DNA from: Syntrophales bacterium
GTDB lineage: Bacteria > Desulfobacterota > Syntrophia > Syntrophales > UBA6807
Assembly (NCBI GenBank): GCA_040767195.1
Contig: JAXGPA010000001.1
Location: 320,001-384,000 of the forward strand
Direction of reading: 5' to 3'
DNA length: 64,000 nucleotides
The notes beneath the pieces were generated by a model. It searched no databases. It was not told the origin of the DNA and worked only from the letters and a program-made list of their open reading frames with translations. Each line of letters begins with the position of its first letter. The stretch's first letter is position 1. Below, in pieces: positions 57,979 to 64,000 of the stretch. A program made the position numbers and the translations under genes.

Positions 57979-58824
57979 GTGAAAAAAACCGCTATGACCC
58001 ATTGTCCCGTAATCCATCTGTGCCAGCCCGACGAGGGAAAATCCTGCGCGGCCTGCTGCGGCCTCTATAACTACCGGAACAGCAGCCGGGAGGCCCTCAC
58101 GGCGCGCCTTCGAAAAAGAACCCGCCTGTTCCGGGAAATGGTTCGCGGCGAAAAAGACCTTCTCCTTTTCTCCCACGAAATCCGGAGAAGGGAACCCCAG
58201 GCCAGGATCTACCCCGTCATCTACTGCTGCGAATACGCGGGGTTCCTCAACGAAGCGGAAACCCGGGTGGGGTGTCTTCTTCACCCGAACATGAACGGGG
58301 GCAACGACCTGCGGGACGTCTCCTTTTATGGCCGGGACCTTTGCGACGGCCATTTCTGCCCCAGCTACCACTTCCTTTCCCGACAGGAACAGCAGGCGGT
58401 CCTGCATGTCATCGACGACTGGTACCTTTACGGTCTTTGCATCACCGACATCGACCTCGTCAAGGAATATTTCCGGATCGTCAGCGATCGGGTGGGAGAA
58501 ACGCCGGACCCCCGGATCTTCCGGGAGGAACCGTTCCGGAGCATCGCCCTGGGTTTCTTCTCCCTGAAGCTCACCTGGCCTTTCCGTTCCCCCGAAACGA
58601 ACCGGTTCGGGAAGTATTACTTCGACGGCTCTCAGTACATGATCCACCACATTCCCTACGAACAGTTCGGATGCGACCGATCGCCCTATGACCGGATCCT
58701 CGTGAGCCTCACCACCCAGGTCACCGGAAAGGGCGATCTCCGGGCGGCGGAACGGGCGATCGAGGAGAAAATAGACGCTTTTGTGAAGGCATACACCGGA
58801 AACAAAGGGCCGGCGGCACCCTGA
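57979..58824 (+). CDS. Cys-rich hypothetical protein (possible Fe-S/Zn-binding)
   Basis: 'LCQPDEGKSCAACCGLYN', 'CCEYAGFL', 'VGCLLHP', 'LCDGHFCPS'; start GTG 57979 or ATG 57994. Confidence 0.7.
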   Translation: MKKTAMTHCPVIHLCQPDEGKSCAACCGLYNYRNSSREALTARLRKRTRLFREMVRGEKDLLLFSHEIRRREPQARIYPVIYCCEYAGFLNEAETRVGCLLHPNMNGGNDLRDVSFYGRDLCDGHFCPSYHFLSRQEQQAVLHVIDDWYLYGLCITDIDLVKEYFRIVSDRVGETPDPRIFREEPFRSIALGFFSLKLTWPFRSPETNRFGKYYFDGSQYMIHHIPYEQFGCDRSPYDRILVSLTTQVTGKGDLRAAERAIEEKIDAFVKAYTGNKGPAAP

Positions 58825-58937
58825 AAACCGGATCGAGACCACGATACGGCTGTGGCGAAGACGGAAAAAGAAGCCGTCATTCCAGGATTGACGGTGGGCG
58901 TGACATGGGCTATAGAAGCCCTATGAAGGGGGAGGCG

Positions 58938-59465
58938 ATGGAAAAAAAGACACCGGCCGTTCTCATCGGAAGGGACGACATCACCCGGCGGGTCGCCGCG
59001 CTGGCCGAGGAAATCTCCCGGGACTACGAGAACAGGGATCTTCTGATCGTCGGTGTCCTGAAGGGTTCCTTCGTTTTTCTGGCCGACCTGGTCCGGAACC
59101 TGTCCGTCCCCCACACCATCGATTTCATCGCGGCGTCGAGTTACGGATCCGCCAAGGTCAGTTCAGGCGCCCTGACCATCACGAAGGACATCTCCCTGCC
59201 CGTTTCGGGCAGGGACGTCCTCCTCGTGGAGGACATCATCGACACGGGAACGACCCTGGCGTATCTGAAAGAGGCCCTTAAAAAGAGGGGGCCCCGCTCC
59301 GTGGCCATCTGCGCCTTTCTGGACAAGAAAGAGCGGCGGGAGACGGAAATCGATGCCGAGTACGTGGGATTCACTATTCCCGGGGGGTTTGTGGTGGGAT
59401 ACGGACTGGATTTTGATGAAAAATTCCGCTATCTGCCCGATGTCTGCGTCCTTGATGAACCCTGA
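58938..59465 (+). CDS. hpt: Hypoxanthine phosphoribosyltransferase
   Basis: 'GVLKGSFVFLADL', 'SSYG', 'VLLVEDIIDTGTTL', 'FVVGYGLD'. Confidence 0.96.
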   Translation: MEKKTPAVLIGRDDITRRVAALAEEISRDYENRDLLIVGVLKGSFVFLADLVRNLSVPHTIDFIAASSYGSAKVSSGALTITKDISLPVSGRDVLLVEDIIDTGTTLAYLKEALKKRGPRSVAICAFLDKKERRETEIDAEYVGFTIPGGFVVGYGLDFDEKFRYLPDVCVLDEP

Positions 59466-59479
59466 GGAAGGAGGGGGCC

Positions 59480-60361
59480 GTGATCGTAGAATGCCGTCGA
59501 TGCCGCACGAAGTACCGTTTTGACCGGGAGAATCTCCGGGGCGAAGGGGCCTGGCTTCGGTGCACCCGATGCCGGCATGTTTTTTTTCTCCGGAACCCGG
59601 AAAAGGAGACAGCGCCTGAGGAAAAAGCGCCGATCACCGGAGCCGGGGAAGCGGAGCGGGCTGTTCCCTTCCAGGCGGAAACGGGGGGAGACATGACGCC
59701 CCCGGAACAGGCGTCCGGGGAACCCGTTCAGGAGGCGGAAAGGACTGTCTCGCCGGAGGAGGAGGCCGCCAGGGAGGCCGAACGGGACCTGGAAAAGCTT
59801 ATCGCGGAAGGGGAAAACGACTCCGTCGAGGCGGACAGGACCTCCCCGCTGAAAAAACTATTTTATTTCCTTCTCTTCCTGCTTCTTCTCGCCGGGGGCT
59901 ACGCCATTCTTCAGCCTGAAGCCGCCCGAACCCTCCTGGACCGCGTCGTCGATCCCGTGCGAAACCTGCTTCCTTTCGCGAGGCAAACCCCCGTCTCCTT
60001 CACCGCCGTTGAAGAACACTTTCTCGCAAACACGGAAGCGGGGCGACTCATGGTGATCCGGGGCGTGGCGGTGAACAACACGGCCAAAACACTCCCCGCT
60101 ATCCGCGCCCGCGCCAGGATTCTCGATTCGAAGGGGGAAACGGTCAGGGAAAGCGTGTCCCGCGGGGGAAACATCCTCACGGAAGAAGAACTTCGGACCC
60201 TTGATCCGGAGGAGATGACGGCCATCCTCGACACCCCGGAGGGCAGGAATTTTCCCAATGTTCAGGTTCCTCCCGAGGGAACGGTCCCCTTCATGATCGT
60301 CATCACCGATCCGCCGGAAAACGCCGCGGAGTACACCATCGAAACGTTACCTTCTTCGTAA
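59480..60361 (+). CDS. Zinc-ribbon + TM + DUF3426-like protein
   Basis: N-terminal 'C..C.TKY......RC..C.HVF', acidic linker, single TM, C-terminal beta domain 'L.VI.G...N'. Confidence 0.82.
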   Translation: MIVECRRCRTKYRFDRENLRGEGAWLRCTRCRHVFFLRNPEKETAPEEKAPITGAGEAERAVPFQAETGGDMTPPEQASGEPVQEAERTVSPEEEAAREAERDLEKLIAEGENDSVEADRTSPLKKLFYFLLFLLLLAGGYAILQPEAARTLLDRVVDPVRNLLPFARQTPVSFTAVEEHFLANTEAGRLMVIRGVAVNNTAKTLPAIRARARILDSKGETVRESVSRGGNILTEEELRTLDPEEMTAILDTPEGRNFPNVQVPPEGTVPFMIVITDPPENAAEYTIETLPSS

Positions 60362-60388
60362 CAGGAGAAACAGGGACTTCCCAGCGCC

Positions 60389-61396
60389 GTGACCGACAAG
60401 ATCCGTCTTTCCGTCATTATCCTGTTCCTCATTTTCGTCACGGGGACCCTGGGCTATCATCTTCTTGAAGGGTGGTCTTTTCTCGACGCCTTTTACACGA
60501 CCATCATCACCCTCGCCACCGTGGGGTACGGTGATTTTCACCCTGTCAGCCTGCCCGGCCGCCTGTTTACGATTTTTCTCGTCGCTTTCGGTGTCGGCGC
60601 CATGGCCTATTCGGTCACCCTGGTCATGGAAAATCTCGTGGAAGGCCGGATCAAGAAAGTCCTCGGGAGGGGCAAATTGGAAAAGAAGATCAACTCCATA
60701 AAAGACCACTACATCATCTGTGGCTGCGGGAGAATGGGATACCTCATCAGCCAGGAACTGGCCCGGGAAAAAGTCCCCTTCATTGTCGTCGAGAAAGATC
60801 AGGCTGTCATTGAAAAGATCGAGGACGAGGGTCTCATGTACATCCGGGGAAGCGCCACGGAAGACCGGGTGCTTCTCTCTGCGGGCATCGAAAGGGCCCG
60901 GGGCATCGTTTGCGTCCTCCCCACGGACGCTGAAAATCTTTATGTCATCCTGGCGGCCAAGGAACTGAACCCCCGGATTTTCATTCTTTCCCGGTCGGTG
61001 GATGAGATTTCCGAGCGGCGGCTTCTCAAGGCGGGAGCGGACCGCGTCATGTCCCCGTACGTCGAGGGCGGCATGAAAATGGCCCTTGCCATTCTCCGGC
61101 CGGCCATGCTGGACTTCATTGAAATCACAACAAAAAGGCAGAGCCTGGAACTCCGGATGGAGGAAGTGGATATCGGGGAAGGGTCGCCCCTGGCGGGCAA
61201 GTCTCTGGAAGCGTCGGAAATCCGCCACCACTATGGCCTCATCATCGTGGCCGTAAAAAAGGAATCGGGGCAGATGATTTACAACCCGTCGGCCTCCTAT
61301 ATCATCGACAAAGGGGACAAGCTCATCGCCCTGGGCGAGGACGGCAACCTGCTTCACTTCACCCAAGAATGCTCCAGATCCGGTCGGCTGAAATAA
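60389..61396 (+). CDS. 2-TM potassium channel with RCK (TrkA-N/TrkA-C) domains
   Basis: Selectivity filter 'TLATVGYGD', 'HYIICGCGRMG', 'AGADRVMSPY'. Confidence 0.92.
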   Translation: MTDKIRLSVIILFLIFVTGTLGYHLLEGWSFLDAFYTTIITLATVGYGDFHPVSLPGRLFTIFLVAFGVGAMAYSVTLVMENLVEGRIKKVLGRGKLEKKINSIKDHYIICGCGRMGYLISQELAREKVPFIVVEKDQAVIEKIEDEGLMYIRGSATEDRVLLSAGIERARGIVCVLPTDAENLYVILAAKELNPRIFILSRSVDEISERRLLKAGADRVMSPYVEGGMKMALAILRPAMLDFIEITTKRQSLELRMEEVDIGEGSPLAGKSLEASEIRHHYGLIIVAVKKESGQMIYNPSASYIIDKGDKLIALGEDGNLLHFTQECSRSGRLK

Positions 61397-61988
61397 CCCC
61401 ATCCCGGAGAATCGCCGGGGGGTGCGCGGTGACATCCACAAGGGTGGATCCCTTTCCGCCAGGGGTCCTCCCGCCATCGACAAGACCGTCGATCCGGTCC
61501 CCCAGGGCCGACAGCACCTCGTCGGCGGAAGAACATTCCTTTTCCCCCGCCCGATTGGCACTCGTGGCCGTTACGGGACCGCCGAGCCCCCGGGCCAGGC
61601 GGCGGGCCAGGGGATGGCTCGAAAGGCGGACGCCGATCTTCCCGGAATCCGCGGTGAGCCTTCCGTTCACGGTCGGAAGGGCCTTCAGGACGAGGGTGAG
61701 AGGTCCGGGCCAGAAGGCTTCCATGAGTTTTTCCGCCTCCCATGGAATTTCCGCCACGAGACCTTCCAGGGCCTCCCGGTCCCCGATGATGACGGGAACG
61801 GGTTTGTCGAAACTGCGGCCCTTGATCTCGAAGAGACGGGCCACGGCCTTCTCGTTTTTTCCATCACAGGCCAGCCCGTAAAAGGTTTCCGTGGGGAAGG
61901 CCAGCACCCGGCCCTCCCGGAGGAGCATCACGGCCCTGTCGAGAGCCTCCCCCTCAAGATGCCCGGGCGGGATTTTCAGGATTTCCAT
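61359..61988 (-). CDS. tsaC: L-threonylcarbamoyladenylate synthase (TsaC/YrdC)
   Basis: 'FPTETFYGL', 'IKGR...KP', 'FWPGPLT', 'TATSAN', 'STLVD', 'LRDG'. Confidence 0.93.
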   Translation of the reverse strand: MEILKIPPGHLEGEALDRAVMLLREGRVLAFPTETFYGLACDGKNEKAVARLFEIKGRSFDKPVPVIIGDREALEGLVAEIPWEAEKLMEAFWPGPLTLVLKALPTVNGRLTADSGKIGVRLSSHPLARRLARGLGGPVTATSANRAGEKECSSADEVLSALGDRIDGLVDGGRTPGGKGSTLVDVTAHPPAILRDGVISADRIWSILG

Positions 61989-62482
61989 CGGAGGGTCGCC
62001 TGCTTGTTTTCGACCTCGTCGGCCAGCCGCTTCCGATAGGCCCGAAGTTTTTCCCTGAGACCGCCATCAGCCAGCGCCAGGATCCCGACCGCCAGAAGCG
62101 CCCCGTTTTTCGCTCCCGCCTTCCCGATGGCCATGGTTGCAACGGGAATCCCGCCGGGCATCTGGACGGTGGAAAGCAGGGCATCGAGACCCTGAAGGGC
62201 GGTGGAATCGACGGGAACCCCGATGACGGGAAGCAGGGTTCGCGAAGCGATGACTCCCGCCAGGTGGGCCGCCGCCCCGGCGCCAACGATAAACACCCGG
62301 ATGCCGCGGCCCGGCGCCCCGTCGGCATAGGCCGCCGTCCGCTCCGGCGTTCGGTGGGCTGACGTGAGAAAGAACTCGAAAGGAACGGCGAACGTTTCGA
62401 GAACGAGGGCGGCTTCCCTCATGATCTCCAGGTCCGTGTCGCTTCCCATGACGATACTGACAATCGGTTTATCCCCTTCCAT
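61976..62482 (-). CDS. purE: PurE (N5-CAIR mutase / AIR carboxylase)
   Basis: 'VMGSDTD', 'SAHRTP', '[10 protein letters not shown]', 'PVIGVP', '[13 protein letters not shown]'. Confidence 0.97.
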   Translation of the reverse strand: MEGDKPIVSIVMGSDTDLEIMREAALVLETFAVPFEFFLTSAHRTPERTAAYADGAPGRGIRVFIVGAGAAAHLAGVIASRTLLPVIGVPVDSTALQGLDALLSTVQMPGGIPVATMAIGKAGAKNGALLAVGILALADGGLREKLRAYRKRLADEVENKQATLRWKS

Positions 62483-62517
62483 GGGCTTTCCTCCCCCGGA
62501 AAACGGCCTCGCATTTC

Positions 62518-64000
62518 TCAGTGGCGGAAATGCCGCCGTCCCGTAAAGATCATGGCCATGCCGTGGTCGTCCGCCGCCCGGACGGCCTCTTCATCCCGGA
62601 CCGAGCCGCCGGGCTGGACGACGGCCGTCACGCCTGCCTGGGCGGCGAGATCGACCCCGTCCCGGAAAGGGAAGAAGGCATCGGAGGCGAGAACCGTCCC
62701 CTGTGTCGGGAGGTTTGCCTTCATCACGGCGATCCGCACCGAGTCCACCCGGCTCATCTGGCCGGCGCCGACCCCCACGAGCTGGTTTTCCCTTGCCAGG
62801 ACGATGGCGTTGGACTTGACGTACTTCACCACCCGCCACGCAAAATCCAAGGCCCGGTATTCCTCTTCCGTGGGAGGGCGCTTCGTCACCACCGCGGCGC
62901 GTCGAAGGTCGTCCCTCTCCTGGTCCCGGTCCTGAACGAGAAGGCCCCCCTTCACCCGGCGGTAATCGAACTCCCGGCGGGAACCGATGGCGGCGGGGGA
63001 AATTTCCAGGAGCCGGACATTCTTCCTGGCCTCGAGGATGGCCCGGGCCTCGGGATCGAAACCCGGGGCCAGGATCACTTCCAGGAAGGTCTTGGCCAGT
63101 TCCTCCGCTGTTTTCCCGTCCACCGGCCGGTTCAGGGCGACTATCCCCCCGAAGGCCGCCACGGGATCCGTTTCCATGGCTTTCCGGTAAGCCTCGGCGA
63201 GGCTGCTCCCGGACAGGGCCGCCCCGCAGGGATTGGCGTGCTTCATGACCACCGCCGCGGGGGCGTCGAAATCGGACGCCATCTGCCAGGCGGCGTCGCC
63301 GTCCATGATGTTGTTGTAGGACAGTTCCTTTCCCTGGAGCTGCCGCCCCCCGCTGATGGAAGCGGGCAGGATGTCCCATTCCCGGTAAAAAGCCGCCTTC
63401 TGGTGCGGGTTCTCACCGTACCTGAGGTCCTGAGCCTTGACGAACTGGACCGTCAGGGTGTCGGGAAACTCCCGGGGCTCCCCTTGCCGGAACCCTCCCA
63501 GGTAATTGGAAATGGCCCCGTCATACCGGGCGGTGAGCTGAAACGCCTTTTTCGCCATCTCGAAATTGAGGTCCCGGGAAACGGTCCCGCCCCCCACCCG
63601 AAGTTCTTCCAGTATTTTCCCATAGTCCGCGGGATCGGTCACCACGGTCACGAAGGGGTGGTTTTTCGCCGCCGCGCGGATCATGGCGGGCCCGCCGATG
63701 TCGATATTTTCCACGGCCTCTTCCAGGGTGCACCCCGGTTTCGCCACCGTTTCCTCGAAGCGGTAGAGGTTGATCACCACCATGTCGATGGGGAGAATCC
63801 CGTGCTTTTCCGCAGCCGCCCGATGATTTTCCTGATCCCGGAGAAAAAGGATTCCCCCATGGACTTTCGGATGGAGGGTCTTCAGCCTCCCGTCCATCAT
63901 TTCGGGAAACCCCGTGTAGTCCGAAACCTCGACGACGGGGATCCCGTTTTCCGCCAGTTGGCGGGCGGTGCCCCCCGTGGAGAGAATCTCCACTTTCAGG
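62518..64000 (-). CDS. purH: Bifunctional AICAR transformylase / IMP cyclohydrolase, 5'-truncated by window edge
   Basis: 'STGGT', 'KTLHP', 'NIDIGGP', 'LRYGENPHQ', 'KHANPCG', '[10 protein letters not shown]', 'ASDAFFPF', 'RHFRH'. Confidence 0.98.
   Translation of the reverse strand, partial: LKVEILSTGGTARQLAENGIPVVEVSDYTGFPEMMDGRLKTLHPKVHGGILFLRDQENHRAAAEKHGILPIDMVVINLYRFEETVAKPGCTLEEAVENIDIGGPAMIRAAAKNHPFVTVVTDPADYGKILEELRVGGGTVSRDLNFEMAKKAFQLTARYDGAISNYLGGFRQGEPREFPDTLTVQFVKAQDLRYGENPHQKAAFYREWDILPASISGGRQLQGKELSYNNIMDGDAAWQMASDFDAPAAVVMKHANPCGAALSGSSLAEAYRKAMETDPVAAFGGIVALNRPVDGKTAEELAKTFLEVILAPGFDPEARAILEARKNVRLLEISPAAIGSRREFDYRRVKGGLLVQDRDQERDDLRRAAVVTKRPPTEEEYRALDFAWRVVKYVKSNAIVLARENQLVGVGAGQMSRVDSVRIAVMKANLPTQGTVLASDAFFPFRDGVDLAAQAGVTAVVQPGGSVRDEEAVRAADDHGMAMIFTGRRHFRH

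Noticed and set aside
57898..58842. 470-aa version of the CYTH ORF and 293-aa version of rimI from the ORF track
   Set aside because: Extensions overlap other supported genes; shorter starts fit family length.

Overview
GC-rich chromosomal window, most consistent with an anaerobic Desulfobacterota / Syntrophales-like bacterium (split F1Fo atp operon with b/b' subunits, tungsten AOR, IorAB, SMS-type sufCB, sigma54 promoters; the taxonomy is inference). Most of it is housekeeping: pyrKD, a Man-family PTS IIA/IIB/IIC, tRNA-Lys(UUU), atpF'FHAGDC, mreBCD-mrdA-rodA, ppiD, rng, mdh, purU, hpt, tsaC, purE and partial purH. The main accessory region is about 1.1-10.3 kb: ihfA, a tandem-PilZ protein with an uncharacterised C-terminal half, an intact IS256 with target duplication, a chimeric gene (3-TM YLATT-like N-terminus fused to the C-terminal half of a second copy of the PilZ protein), a V4R-TM-GAF-PAS-HD-GYP sensor phosphodiesterase and a convergent SAM methyltransferase; together a candidate c-di-GMP-linked signalling module. 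Non-coding highlights: a candidate sigma54-driven ~110-nt sRNA with an anti-Shine-Dalgarno loop (~16204-16313), a structured leader upstream of a speD-aminopropyltransferase fusion with spermine-synthase-like motifs, a terminator inside the atp operon leader, a MITE at the pyrK stop codon and a perfect 25-bp palindrome. No CRISPR array or rRNA was seen. All family assignments are by-eye motif recognition; no searches were run.
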